64,000 nucleotides of DNA from an uncultured Chloroflexia bacterium (GCA_963766735.1 CAVYBU010000004.1:96001-160000); one strand, 5' to 3'. Counted from the first letter of the stretch, positions 1 through 10,251 are shown. Numbers and translations are program-made. The notes: a model not told the origin generated them from the letters alone.

Positions 1-714
1 TGGTAGCCCTCGGGCACGACGATCAGGTCGCAGTCGCCCGGGGTCATGGCCTCGTCGAGGGAGCGGTCAGCGGTGTAGACGCGGGCGAACGCGAAACCCT
101 GGGGCTTGGCGAAGCGGTAGAAGTACAGCTCTTCCAGGCGGGCCTCGACCGGCGGGTTCTCCGTGTCGTGCTTGTGGGGCGGGTAGCTGGACCAGTTGCC
201 GCCGGGCGTGAACGCTTCGAAAGCGATCAGGCGGCCGGCCTCGGCGGACGGTGGCAGCAGGTGGTGGATCCGGCGCTCGGTCTGCCCGGACCCGCGATTC
301 TCGACCAGGACGTCCTCCGGCGGCGACGAGGGCGGTTCGATGGACTGGGCCGCCGGGTGCCGCCCCGATCACGACGAGGGCATCGGTCTCCGCGACGACG
401 TCCACGGGCAAGCCCGGCTCCACCAGGATCACGGGGCACGGCGGACCGTCGAACACGGTGGTCCGCGAGCCGACGACGCCGAAGTCGTGCTCCCCCGCCG
501 TGACGGACGCGCGTCCCTCGAGAACGAGGATCAGCCGCTCCTGGTCGTCCGCCGGACGGCCCACCGCCTGGCCCGGCTGCAGGCGGTAGACGTGGCACGA
601 CGTGTAGTCCCACCCGGCGGAGGCGGGATCGACCCCGACGATGAGCCCATCGGGCCCGGGGGTGGCCGCGCGGCGGAGGAGGCGCCGCGCGGCTCCCGGT
701 CGGTCAATGCTCAT
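1..714 (-). CDS. iolB: 5-deoxy-glucuronate isomerase IolB; apparent frameshift near 322-325, 3' end runs off the window
   Basis: ORF 67..714 gives an IolB-like N-half (GWDY, ERLILVLEG, GSRTTVFDG). Changing frame at ~324 gives EDVLVENRGSGQTERRIHHLL...FTPGGNWSSYPPHKHD...LEELYFYRF...VVPEGYH, the IolB signature. Confidence 0.9.
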
Positions 715-893
715 CGGGGGGCCCGCCCGCTGCGGTCCCGGCCGGGCTTCTGGGGGGTGCCCGCCGCCTCGCTGTTCATGTCGCCCTCCACGGTCGGGCC
801 TGTGGCCCCGCCCGTCACTCGCCTGGCCGGGGGCCCCTCGGTCCCGTCCGGCGACCGTCCGCCGAGCAGTCCACGGGTCGGCATGTTCCCTAA

Positions 894-976
894 CAATCGA
901 TTATCGAGCATACCCGCTGACTGGCCCGAGGTCAACCCGTCCGCGTCCAGTCGTCCACCGCTCAGCAATCGATTAC
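894..976. promoter_or_regulatory. Two LacI-type palindromic operators (AATCGATT cores at 895-902 and 967-974) upstream of iolB
   Basis: caatcgatta occurs twice, 72 bp apart, in an AT-richer intergenic patch. The second reads TGTAATCGATTGCT on the minus strand, resembling the LacI consensus TGNAANCGNTTNCA. Confidence 0.6.
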
Positions 977-1150
977 ATGGACCATCTTGCGCTCATGCCG
1001 GACCAGCGTCAAGGGCGTCCGGTGAGGCTTGGGGGCGGCCGGCGGCGCAATCCGAGCGGACCGGCGCTCCCGCGGCGATCGCGTCCCGGATGAGGACCGG
1101 CCCGGGCGCAAGCCCGGGCCGGTGGTTCCTCGAATGCTTCGCCGGACGGC

Positions 1151-2479
1151 TCAGGGGCGGCGCATCGACTTCCCGTCCGCGGTGCGCATCCGGGACGAGT
1201 TGCTCGCCGCAAAGTGGCGCCGCTTGAGGTCCATCTCGGCCATCGGCGCCGAGTAGGCTGGTGCCTCCTCCTGCAGGTTCTGGGCCATCTCGCGAAGCTC
1301 GAGGTCGTTTCCCGCGTACTCCTCGATCCGGACGCGGACCCGGGCCAGCAGGTCGCCCGCCTCGACGTAGCGGCCCTCGCGATTGAGGTTCACGGCGTCC
1401 TGGCGTGCCCGTTCCGCGAACAGCCGTGCCACGACGCGGTCCACGTCCTTGTCCCGCGGCTGGACGTCGTTCGCGGCGTGGTCCGCATACTGCCACGCGA
1501 GCGAGACCGGCTCCGGGGCGGGAAGGGCCGTCTCGAACGCGCGATCCCGGTCCGAGACGCGGACGATCACTCCGACCTCGCGGCCCACATCGCCGAAGTC
1601 GAAGGTGACCCGAAGGACGACCGAGAGCACCTGCCCCGACAACATGTCGCCGAGGTAGACACGGGCGCGGCCGGGGCTCTGCTCCACGCGGAATGGCGAG
1701 AGAGGGGCCACCCGCACCAATTCAGGCAGCGTCAGGTCGAGGACAACCTCGCGGGCGACGACCTCCAGGGTCTCCCCCACCTCACTCGTGATGTGGTCGC
1801 GCATCTGCGCCACGTCCCCGATGAAGTAGAAGTGGCCGCCGCCGCTGTCCGCCATTGCCTGGAGGAGCGACTCGTCGAAGTCCGTTCCGACGCCGAAGGT
1901 ACTGGTGGTGACCCCGCGGCGACGCAGGTCGTAGGCAAGGCGCGCGAGCTCCTCGTGGTCGGTGACGCCGCGGTTGGCGAGGCCGTCCGTGAGCAGGAGG
2001 ACACGGTTGACGCCCTCGGCCGCCAGGCCCGCCGCAACCTGCTCGCAGCCGCTCAGCCAGCCGCCGTGCAGGTCCGTGCTGTTGCGTGCGCCGATCGAAC
2101 GCAGGCGCTCAGCCGCAGCGCCCCGGGACGCCGTGGTGGCCTCGGTGCCCGGCACCACGACATCCACCTGGTCGTCGTACGTGACCACGGCAAAGCGATC
2201 CGGGGCGTTCAGCCGGTGGATGGCCTCCACCACGGCCTGCTTGGCGAGCGCGATCTTGTTGTGGCCACCCATGGATCCTGAGCGGTCCAGCACGAAACCG
2301 AGGTTGACCGGAGGGCGGCGGCGCTCCGGATCCGGGGCGACGGTCGGGGCGACGACATCCACGAGCAGGAAACGCTCGCTGCGGCCGTGGGCGCGGATGA
2401 GCCGGCGGTCCGGGCGGACCACCAGGCGGGGATCGGCGAGTCGGGCCGGACCGTGGTCCGGCGTCTGGGGCGTGGTCAT
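1151..2479 (-). CDS. von Willebrand factor A (vWA) domain protein, YfbK/CLCA-like
   Basis: MIDAS motif VLDRSGSM, STDLHGG, LLLTDGLAN, FGVG, GGGHFYFI. RBS AGGAGG precedes the ATG. Confidence 0.88.
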   Translation of the reverse strand: MTTPQTPDHGPARLADPRLVVRPDRRLIRAHGRSERFLLVDVVAPTVAPDPERRRPPVNLGFVLDRSGSMGGHNKIALAKQAVVEAIHRLNAPDRFAVVTYDDQVDVVVPGTEATTASRGAAAERLRSIGARNSTDLHGGWLSGCEQVAAGLAAEGVNRVLLLTDGLANRGVTDHEELARLAYDLRRRGVTTSTFGVGTDFDESLLQAMADSGGGHFYFIGDVAQMRDHITSEVGETLEVVAREVVLDLTLPELVRVAPLSPFRVEQSPGRARVYLGDMLSGQVLSVVLRVTFDFGDVGREVGVIVRVSDRDRAFETALPAPEPVSLAWQYADHAANDVQPRDKDVDRVVARLFAERARQDAVNLNREGRYVEAGDLLARVRVRIEEYAGNDLELREMAQNLQEEAPAYSAPMAEMDLKRRHFAASNSSRMRTADGKSMRRP

Positions 2480-2604
2480 GGAAGGGCCTCCTTCTCGAAG
2501 CGGCTTCGAGGCCCGAATGGGGCGGGTCTCACGATGGGCGGCAGGACGTTCGGCGGCGTCCGGTCGCCGGGTGGAAGGTGGGGCCGCAAGCCCCGCGTGT
2601 ACGG

Positions 2605-3354
2605 CTACGGATCCTCGTCGAACAGCTCCCGGGCGATGCGGGCGAGCTGGTCGACGCGCTTGTTGGCGATGCGGTCCAGGGGCCGGCGGACGTGGATCTC
2701 CACGTCCGCACTGATGACGAGACGCTCCCAGGTGCTGCGGTCCCCGGCAACCGGACGGGAGGGAGCGGCGGGCTCCGCAGCGGCGTCGGGCTCCGTGGCA
2801 GCTGCCCGCGCGAGCGCGAGTGGAGTGGCGTGGTCCGCGACGTGTCCCGACGCGACCTCCTCCGCCGGGTCCCTGAAGAACCCGGCTGGCGGTTCGCCGG
2901 TGGGCGGCCCGGGGGCATGCAGGGCAGCCAGACCCGGAATGGCCCGCGTCGTGGGCGCGGCCGACGCGGCGTATGGGGCGACGGCCTCCGACGCCTGGCC
3001 GTGGACGCGCGGCGAGACGCCGGCCTTCGCCATCAGCGTTCGCACGTAGTCCAGCGTCTCCTCGCCAGACCGGGGCGGCTCCGGGGTCACGTTGCCAGAC
3101 GCATCCAGCAGCGCCCGGACCTCTTCGTCCCCCATCCGCTCCAGGCGGATCCGGATCTCCGCCAGCGGCAGGTGGTCCCGCTGCAGGCGCCTGATGAGGC
3201 GCAGCCGCGCAAGGTGCCCGTCGCCGTAGCGCGTCGCCGGGCCGGCGGCCTCCGGCGAGGGCAGCAGGCCCTGGGCCACGTAGTAGCGGACCGTGCGTGG
3301 GGTCACGTCCGCCAGGCGGGCCAGGTCGGCAAGGCTGTACGGGTCATCGGGCAT
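2605..3354 (-). CDS. MerR-family HTH transcriptional regulator
   Basis: YSLADLARLADVTPRTVRYYVAQGLLPSP...RYGDGHLARLRLIRRLQ; low-complexity linker; C-terminal WERLVISADVEIHVRRP module. Confidence 0.88.
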   Translation of the reverse strand: MPDDPYSLADLARLADVTPRTVRYYVAQGLLPSPEAAGPATRYGDGHLARLRLIRRLQRDHLPLAEIRIRLERMGDEEVRALLDASGNVTPEPPRSGEETLDYVRTLMAKAGVSPRVHGQASEAVAPYAASAAPTTRAIPGLAALHAPGPPTGEPPAGFFRDPAEEVASGHVADHATPLALARAAATEPDAAAEPAAPSRPVAGDRSTWERLVISADVEIHVRRPLDRIANKRVDQLARIARELFDEDP

Positions 3355-3360
3355 GCGCCG

Positions 3361-3389
3361 ATTGTGACACTACTACGTGCGACTGTCAA
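3361..3389 (-). promoter_or_regulatory. Sigma70-type promoter of the MerR gene (leaderless) with an overlapping TGACA-N14-TGTCA palindrome
   Basis: Minus strand reads TTGACA (3389-3384), 17 bp, CACAAT (3366-3361), 6 bp, ATG (3354). Inverted repeat tgaca 3365-3369 / tgtca 3384-3388. Confidence 0.7.
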
Positions 3390-3467
3390 GACCTGCTTGG
3401 CCATTGCAGTACCCATAGCCCGAAAGGCCGTCTACCGCCGTTGGCGTTGGTCTGGCACCCTCCTGGC

Positions 3468-5093
3468 ATGCGATCGATCATCACCGTGCTCGCCATCGCC
3501 GTCGCGCTCATCGTGCCGGCCGCCCTTCCCGGCCCGACTGCGGCCGCGGAGCCGGACTTCCCGACCTCCATGAGCGGCTACCACAACTGGACCGAGCTGG
3601 TCGACGAGATCACGCAGGTGCAAGCGGACCATCCGGACATCGTCTCGGTCTTCTCGATCGGCAAGAGCGCACAGGGACGTGACATCTGGGCCGCCAAGAT
3701 CAGCGACAACGTGGCGACGGACGAGGCCGAACCCGAGGTCCTGATCGATGCCCTCCACCACGCCCGTGAGCACCTGACAACCGAGCAGGCGCTTGCGCTC
3801 CTGGGCTGGCTGACCGCGGATTACGGAACCGATGAGACCGTGACGCGCCTGGTCGATACCCGCGAGATCTTCGTCATCTTCGCGGTCAACCCGGACGGCC
3901 TCAGGTACGACCTGACCGGCTCCCCGTTCCGCGCCTGGCGCAAGAACCGCCAGCCGAACGCGGGCTCCACGGCCGTGGGCACCGACCTGAACCGCAACTA
4001 CGGGTATCGCTGGGGATGCTGTTCGGGCTCGTCCGGCAACCCCAAGTCCATCTTCTACCGCGGTCCAGCCGCGTTCTCCGCGCCCGAGACGCGGGCCGTC
4101 CGGGACTTCGTGAGCGGCCGCGTGATCGGCGGTGTCCAGCAGATCCGGACGCACATCACGCTCCACACCAACGGCCGGCTCATCCTGTGGCCGTACGGCT
4201 ACACGCGGACCGACATCCCGCCGGACATGACCACGCTCGATCACAGCACGTTCGTCTCCCTTGGCCGGGCGATGGCCGCGCTCAATGGGTACGCGGCCAA
4301 GCAGTCGTCGAGCATGTACGTCACCGACGGCGACCAGATCGACTGGATGTACGGGGCACACCGGATCTTCAGCTACACCTTCGAGCTGTATCCGCCCGAG
4401 ACGGGATCGGTCCTGACCGACCACTACCCGCCCGAATCCGTGATCACCCCCCAGACAGAACGCAACCGTGACGCGATCCTGCTGCTGATCGACCGCGCGG
4501 CGTGCCCGTACGCGACCCTCGGGACCGCGGCCAGGCGGGCGGATTGCGGTCCCCTGTACGACGACCTGGAGATCAACCGGGGCTGGGTGCGCAACCCCTT
4601 CCGCACGGACACCGCTACCCGGGGCCTGTGGGCGGTCGGCAACCCACAGCCGACGGCCTCCTACGGGCGGAAGCAGCTCGGGACTGTGGTCTCGGGCCGG
4701 CGCGCGCTCGTGACGGGAGCGGCAGCCGGTCGCAGCGCGACCTACGGGGACGTCGATGGCGGCCGGACCACGATCCGGAGCCGGGCGATCACGCTGCCCG
4801 CGGACCCGGCGAAGTTCGGCCACCTGACCTTCCGCTACTACCTGGCCCATCGTTCCAACGCGACGTCCACGGACTACCTCCGGATGATCGTCGAAGCGGA
4901 GGATGGCACCCAGACGGTCGTCCTCCAGGAGCGCGGTGCCCCGAACGACGACGACGCGGCCTGGGCGTCCGCCTCGGTGTCGGTGGCGAGGTGGGCGGGA
5001 CAGACGATCCACCTGATCGTCGCCGCGAACGATGGCGGGAGGGCGAGCCTGGTCGAGGCCGCCGTGGACGATATCCGGATCCGCCTCCCGTAG
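3468..5093 (+). CDS. Secreted M14 zinc carboxypeptidase (carboxypeptidase T-like) with C-terminal beta-rich domain
   Basis: Signal peptide MRSIITVLAIAVALIVPAALPGPTAA; HHARE, WRKN, DLNRNY, TLHT and FELYP motifs. Confidence 0.9.
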   Translation: MRSIITVLAIAVALIVPAALPGPTAAAEPDFPTSMSGYHNWTELVDEITQVQADHPDIVSVFSIGKSAQGRDIWAAKISDNVATDEAEPEVLIDALHHAREHLTTEQALALLGWLTADYGTDETVTRLVDTREIFVIFAVNPDGLRYDLTGSPFRAWRKNRQPNAGSTAVGTDLNRNYGYRWGCCSGSSGNPKSIFYRGPAAFSAPETRAVRDFVSGRVIGGVQQIRTHITLHTNGRLILWPYGYTRTDIPPDMTTLDHSTFVSLGRAMAALNGYAAKQSSSMYVTDGDQIDWMYGAHRIFSYTFELYPPETGSVLTDHYPPESVITPQTERNRDAILLLIDRAACPYATLGTAARRADCGPLYDDLEINRGWVRNPFRTDTATRGLWAVGNPQPTASYGRKQLGTVVSGRRALVTGAAAGRSATYGDVDGGRTTIRSRAITLPADPAKFGHLTFRYYLAHRSNATSTDYLRMIVEAEDGTQTVVLQERGAPNDDDAAWASASVSVARWAGQTIHLIVAANDGGRASLVEAAVDDIRIRLP

Positions 5094-5172
5094 CAGCCCG
5101 GGGCACCGTCGTCGTGTAGCCTCGTGCGGAACGAGACCACTCGGTCCGGCATGGTTTGACCCGGGAGGCGGC

Positions 5173-6115
5173 ATGGGCGACATCGGCGCACTGCGCGGGG
5201 TCTGGAACATCGTGCCGACGCCGTTTGCGCCCGACGGCGCGGTGGACGACGCGTCGATCCCGGGCCTGGTCTCCTTCGTCCGCGCGACGGGCGTGGACGG
5301 GATGACGATCCTGGGCGTGCTCGGTGAGGCCGGCCGGCTGGGTGACGCGGAACGCACGCTCGTCCTGGCCGGTGTCCTCGAGGCCGCCGCGGGCACGATC
5401 CCCGTCTGCGTCGGCGTCTCGCACGCCGCCACGGACCGCGCGATCGCGTTCGCCCGGGAAGCCGAGGCCGCCGGCGCCCACTCGGTGATGCTGGCCCCGC
5501 CGCCGCTCGCCCGACCCACGGACGCGGCGCTCCGCCGCCACTACCTCGCCGTCGCGGAGGCGATCTCGATCCCGGTCGTCGTGCAGGATCACCCGGCGAG
5601 CTCCGGGGTGCCGATGACATCCGACTTCCTGCTGTCGCTGGCGGCCGAGTCGCCGCAGTGTCGCGTGATCAAGCTGGAGGAGGAGCCGACGCCACCGAAG
5701 GCGGGTCGGCTCGTCGCCGGATCGCCGGACGTGCTGGTCCTGGGCGGGCTCGGCGGCGAGATGCTCATCGAGGAGCTGCGGCCGGGGCACCCACGGGACG
5801 ATGACGGGCTTCGGGTTCCCGGAGGTGCTGGTCGCGGTGGTGCGGCGCTGGTTCGCCGGTGACCGGGCCGGGGCCGCGGGCATCTTCGACCGCTACGCCA
5901 CGCTGATCCGGTTCGAGAACCAGGCCCTGCTCAACCTGCCGATCCGGAAGCTGGTCTACCAGCGGCGTGGGGCGATCGCCCATGCAACGGTCCGGGCGCC
6001 CGGCGTGGGTCCGGACCCGGCGACGATCGGCGACCTGGACGACGTGCTGCGGCGGACGGGCCTCGACCGGCACCTGGCCGCGGGCTCGGTGCTGGGCGAG
6101 CTGCTGGGAGGCTGA
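5173..6115 (+). CDS. Dihydrodipicolinate synthase / N-acetylneuraminate lyase family protein; apparent +1 frameshift near 5781-5786
   Basis: IVPTPF, ILGVLGEA, VMLAPP and IKLEE (Schiff-base Lys). The product continues in ORF 5801..6115 (GTMTGFGFPEVL...IRFENQ...RKLVYQRRG). Confidence 0.82.
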
Positions 6116-6242
6116 GGCCCGGTCGCGTCGCGGGTCTCTCGCGCCTGCAACGCTGCTGCAGGCCCGCTGCGCCGGTCAGCCGCGGGACCCGTCGCTGACG
6201 TCCGGACTCGCCGGCGCCGTGCCTGGACCGCGCGTCGTGGGT

Positions 6243-7010
6243 CTACGGCAGCGCGCGGATCATGCCTCCGTCCACCGGCACGATCGCCCCGGTCACGAAC
6301 GACGCGGCCGGCGAGAGCAGGAACGCCCCAACCCGGCCGATCTCCGCCACGTCCCCGTAGCGACCGAGCGGGATGGTCGCCTGGGTCCGCCGAGCGATCT
6401 CCTCGGGCGTGACGCCGGCCGCCTCCGCCCGCTTGCCGTCCAGGAACGCGATCCTGTCCGTTGCGATCCGGCCGGGTGCCAGCCCGTTGATCCGGATCGG
6501 AGCGATCTCCGCGGTCAGCGACTTGACGAGGCCGGCCAGCCCCGGACGCAGGACGTTGGACGTCGTGAGGGCCGGGATCGGCTCCCGGACGGACGAGGAC
6601 AGCACGATGAGGATCGAAGGGTTCACGCCCGCCCGCAGGTGCGGCAGGGAGGCCCGGATCAGACGGAGCGTGGACTGGAGCGTCCCGGCGATCGCCGCCT
6701 CCCACTCCGCCTCGCCGAGGGTCTCGAACGTGCCGCCGGGAGGGCCCCCGGTGTTGACGACCACGAGGTCGAGCCCTCCGAGCGCAGCGACAGCCTCCTC
6801 GACGGCGCCACGCGGGCCATCGGGCGACGCGAGATCCGCGACGACACCCACGCCTCCCAGGCGGACCGCCTCGGCCTCGATCCGCGCCCTTGTCCGGCCC
6901 ACGAGCGCCACGCGCGCGCCCTCGCCCGCCAGGGCCGTGGCGATCCCGCCGCCGATCCCCGATCCCCCGCCGCCGACGAGCGCCCGTCGGCCGTTCAGTC
7001 CCAGATCCAT
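6243..7010 (-). CDS. Short-chain dehydrogenase/reductase (SDR)
   Basis: GGGSGIG Rossmann motif, VNTGGPP, SNVLR, INGLAPGRIAT, IPLGRYG, VDGG. Confidence 0.9.
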   Translation of the reverse strand: MDLGLNGRRALVGGGGSGIGGGIATALAGEGARVALVGRTRARIEAEAVRLGGVGVVADLASPDGPRGAVEEAVAALGGLDLVVVNTGGPPGGTFETLGEAEWEAAIAGTLQSTLRLIRASLPHLRAGVNPSILIVLSSSVREPIPALTTSNVLRPGLAGLVKSLTAEIAPIRINGLAPGRIATDRIAFLDGKRAEAAGVTPEEIARRTQATIPLGRYGDVAEIGRVGAFLLSPAASFVTGAIVPVDGGMIRALP

Positions 7011-7053
7011 GGCTGCCTCCGGTGTGTGACGCGATCAGCGTACCGGGCGCCCG

Positions 7054-8319
7054 CTACACGAGGTACCGCAGGTACAGGTACACAGTCGAGATCGCCAGCG
7101 AAGCGGCAACCACTCCGAACCCGTATCGGAAGAACTGGAAGAACGTGATCGGGTGGCCGTCCCGTGCGGCCACGTTGGACACGACGATGTTCGCCGACGC
7201 CCCCACGATCGTCAGGTTGCCGCCCAGGCATGCCCCGAGGGCCAGCGCCCACCACAGGGGCTCCGCCGGCAGGCCCGTCGCCGCCAGCTGCTGGACGACC
7301 GGGATCGCGGTAGCGGTGTACGGGATGTTGTCCACGATCGCCGAGACCCCGGCGGAGAACCACAGGATCGCGATCGTGGCGACCGTGAGATTGCCGCCGG
7401 TCGCATTCGCCACCGCATCTGCGATCCCGCCCACGATCCCGACCTGGACGATGGCCTCGACCATGATGAACAGCCCGACGAAGAAGAACAGCGTGTTCCA
7501 CTCGACCTCGCTGAGGGCTTCGTGCGGCTCCAGGCGGCCGAGCAGCATGACCAGCGTCGCACCCAGGAGGGCGATCGTGGCGGCCTCCAGATGCAGGGCC
7601 GAATGGAACACGAAGGCGACCATCGTCGCGCCCAGGACGATCAGGATCCGGATCATCAGCGGGCGATCCAGGATCGCGGCCGACGGATCCACCAGGGCGA
7701 GTCGATCCAGGCGGTCCGCGTCGTCGTCCATGTGATACCGGAACGTCAGCCGCATGATCCCCAGGAACACGACGAAGATGATCACGACCACGGGGGCCAG
7801 GTTGACCAGGAAGTCGGCGAAGCTCAGGCCCGCCGCGGATCCGATCATGATGTTGGGCGGATCGCCGATCAGGGTCGCCGTCCCGCCGATGTTCGAGGCG
7901 AAGATCTCGCTGATCAGGTAGGGGAACGGATTGACCCGGAGCGTGCGCGTGATCGCGAGCGTGACCGGTGTCAGCAGGACGACCGTCGTCACGTTGTCCA
8001 GCATGGCCGAGAGCACGGCCGTCAGGATCGAGAGGAAGATCAGGAGGCGGAACGGCTCGCCCTTCGAGAAGTGGATCGCGTAGCCCGCGACGTACTCGAA
8101 GAAGCCGGTCTTGCGGAGCGCTCCCGCCATCACCATCATCCCCGCCAGCAGGAAGATGACGTTGAAGTCGATGGCGGCGAAGGCTTCGCCCTGCTCGAGG
8201 ATCCCGAGCACGATGACGAGCATCCCGCCGAGCAGGGCCACCTTGGTCCGGTCGACACGCTCGGTGGCGATCAGGAGGTAGGCGACGAGGAAGATTCCAC
8301 CCGCGATGTAGACGTCCAC
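7054..8319 (-). CDS. ArsB/NhaD (SLC13/CitMHS-like) ion transporter
   Basis: Multi-TM protein with SAMLDNVTTV, ASNIGGTATLIGDPPN, SAIVDNIP and GGNLTIVGASAN. GTG start at 8319 next to the nhaA stop. Confidence 0.88.
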   Translation of the reverse strand: MDVYIAGGIFLVAYLLIATERVDRTKVALLGGMLVIVLGILEQGEAFAAIDFNVIFLLAGMMVMAGALRKTGFFEYVAGYAIHFSKGEPFRLLIFLSILTAVLSAMLDNVTTVVLLTPVTLAITRTLRVNPFPYLISEIFASNIGGTATLIGDPPNIMIGSAAGLSFADFLVNLAPVVVIIFVVFLGIMRLTFRYHMDDDADRLDRLALVDPSAAILDRPLMIRILIVLGATMVAFVFHSALHLEAATIALLGATLVMLLGRLEPHEALSEVEWNTLFFFVGLFIMVEAIVQVGIVGGIADAVANATGGNLTVATIAILWFSAGVSAIVDNIPYTATAIPVVQQLAATGLPAEPLWWALALGACLGGNLTIVGASANIVVSNVAARDGHPITFFQFFRYGFGVVAASLAISTVYLYLRYLV

Positions 8320-8320
8320 G

Positions 8321-9652
8321 TCAGGTCGCGTCGGGCGCGACGACCCTCCGGTTGGCGAGGACAAGGACGGCGAGGCCCCCGGCGCCCGCTATCGCGGACG
8401 CCACGAGGATTCCCAGCTTGGCTGCCTCCAGCATCGCCCCCTCCGGGAACGCCAGCTCGGAGACGAAGAGCGACATCGTGAACCCGATCCCGCCGAGCCA
8501 TGCCGCGCCGTACATGTGCCGCCAGCCGACGCCACGCGGCAGCGACGCGATCCCCGATCGCACGACGAGCCAGGCGGCGGCGATGATGCCGAGCTGCTTG
8601 CCCACCACGAGGCCCACCACGATGCCGATGACCAGAGGCTGGGACAGGGCGGAGCCGAGGTCCGATGGGATCCGGACGCCGGCGTTGGCGAACGCGAACA
8701 GCGGCACGATGATGAAGGCGACGAATGGCTCCAGGGCATGCTCCAGGCGCAGCATCGGCGCCTGGGCATGGTTCGTGATGTCCTCGAGCTCCCAGAGCGC
8801 CGCGTGTCGCTCCTTGATGCCCGCGTCGCTCCGGAACCGTGCCGCGACCTCGCGGAGCTGGTCGGCGGCCCGCTCCACGTACGAGGGACCATCGAGCCGC
8901 GTTCGCGCGGGGATCGTGAGCGCCAGCAATACGCCGGCGATCGTCGCGTGGACGCCCGACGCGTACACGGCGAGCCAGAGCAGCACGCCTGGGATCGCAT
9001 AGGCCGCCAGGCGCCGGACCCCGAGGAAGTTCATCACCATCAACAGGGCGACCAGGCCGCCCGCCGCGGCGGCGGCGCCCAGGTCGAGCTGGTCCGTGTA
9101 GAAGAGCGCGATGACCACCACGGCCAGCAGGTCGTCCACGATGGCGAGGGCCGTGAGGAAGATCCGCAGCCCGAGAGGCGCCAGGCCACGCAGCAGCGCG
9201 AGGACCCCGAGCGCGAATGCGATGTCGGTGGCCATCGGCACGCCCCAGCCGCGCGTCGCGGGCGAATCCAGCCCGACCACGAGGATGAAGATCAGCGCCG
9301 GGATCACGGCACCCCCCACTGCGGCCACGGCCGGCAGGGCCGCGCCGCGCACCGAGTCGAGCTCGCCGACGAGCACCTCGCGCTTGATCTCGAGGCCGAT
9401 CACCAGGAAGAAGATCGCCATCAACGCGTCGTTTACCCAGAAGTGCAGGTCACGGGTCAGGTCGAACCCGGCGAGGCTGATCCCAAGCTCCGTGTGCAAC
9501 AGGGCGTCGTACGAGGCGGCCCAGGGAGAGTTGACCCAGACAAGGGCAACAATGGTGGCGAGCATGAGCAGCACGCCGCCAGATGCGCTGCCATCCGTGA
9601 ACGCCCGCAGCGGCGCCAGGATCCTGTCGATGGGTTGGGGCTCCTGTGTCAT
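8321..9652 (-). CDS. nhaA: Na+/H+ antiporter NhaA
   Basis: WVNDALMAIFFLVIGLEIKRE, GWGVPMATDIAF, ALAIVDD, SGVHATIAG, GKQLG, GIGFTMSLF. Confidence 0.95.
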   Translation of the reverse strand: MTQEPQPIDRILAPLRAFTDGSASGGVLLMLATIVALVWVNSPWAASYDALLHTELGISLAGFDLTRDLHFWVNDALMAIFFLVIGLEIKREVLVGELDSVRGAALPAVAAVGGAVIPALIFILVVGLDSPATRGWGVPMATDIAFALGVLALLRGLAPLGLRIFLTALAIVDDLLAVVVIALFYTDQLDLGAAAAAGGLVALLMVMNFLGVRRLAAYAIPGVLLWLAVYASGVHATIAGVLLALTIPARTRLDGPSYVERAADQLREVAARFRSDAGIKERHAALWELEDITNHAQAPMLRLEHALEPFVAFIIVPLFAFANAGVRIPSDLGSALSQPLVIGIVVGLVVGKQLGIIAAAWLVVRSGIASLPRGVGWRHMYGAAWLGGIGFTMSLFVSELAFPEGAMLEAAKLGILVASAIAGAGGLAVLVLANRRVVAPDAT

Positions 9653-9742
9653 AGCGCCATGATCGCTGATGCGAGCCGTTCGCGAGACGTCGCGAGCGAA
9701 GCCCCTCGACGCGCCAGACGCGGGGGCCGATCCCGGGCGGAC

Positions 9743-9762
9743 GCAACGTCACCGCAACCGGG
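9743..9762 (+). promoter_or_regulatory. Direct-repeat box GCAAC-N6-GCAAC (candidate OmpR/GlnR-type site) upstream of the amtB fragment
   Basis: gcaac gtcacc gcaac cggg; the same pattern recurs at 10293 and at 18944 (minus strand). Confidence 0.5.
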
Positions 9763-9843
9763 CGCGACCAAGACGGTTCTGCCTCGGTCCCGCCTGCGCG
9801 CGCTGACTGGCGTACGCGTGGCCGCGAACCTCCGCGCATCACG

Positions 9844-10251
9844 GTGCCGATCCCCATGGGTCCGGCTGGCAGCGCGCGTGGCGGGCTTGCGATCGGCCTG
9901 ATCGCCGGCGACCTCTGCTATGGCGCCACGCTCCGCCGTGAGCGGGTCCGCATCGACGACGCCCTCGACGTGTTCGCCGTCCACGGCGTGGGAGGCATGT
10001 TCGGCGCGGTGATCACGGGCGTGTTCGCAACCACCGCGATCAACGCGCTGGGCCGCGGCGCCATCGACGGCAACCCGGGGCAGATCCTGGTCCAGCTCGT
10101 CGCCGTGGGTGCAACGATCACGTATGCGGTGGGTGCCACCCTCGTCATCGTCAAGCTCGTGGATCTTCTGCTCGGCCTCCGGGTCCCGGCCCACGAGGAG
10201 GAGATGGGTCTTGATCTGTCGGTCCACGGCGAGGTCGCATACCAGGCCTGA
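9844..10251 (+). pseudogene. amtB: Ammonium transporter AmtB, C-terminal fragment only
   Basis: GLAIGLIAG.LCY...IDDALDVFAVHGVGG...QLVAV...GLRV..EEEMGLDLSVHGEVAY. About 125 aa of a normally ~400-aa protein, with no room upstream for the rest. Confidence 0.82.
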
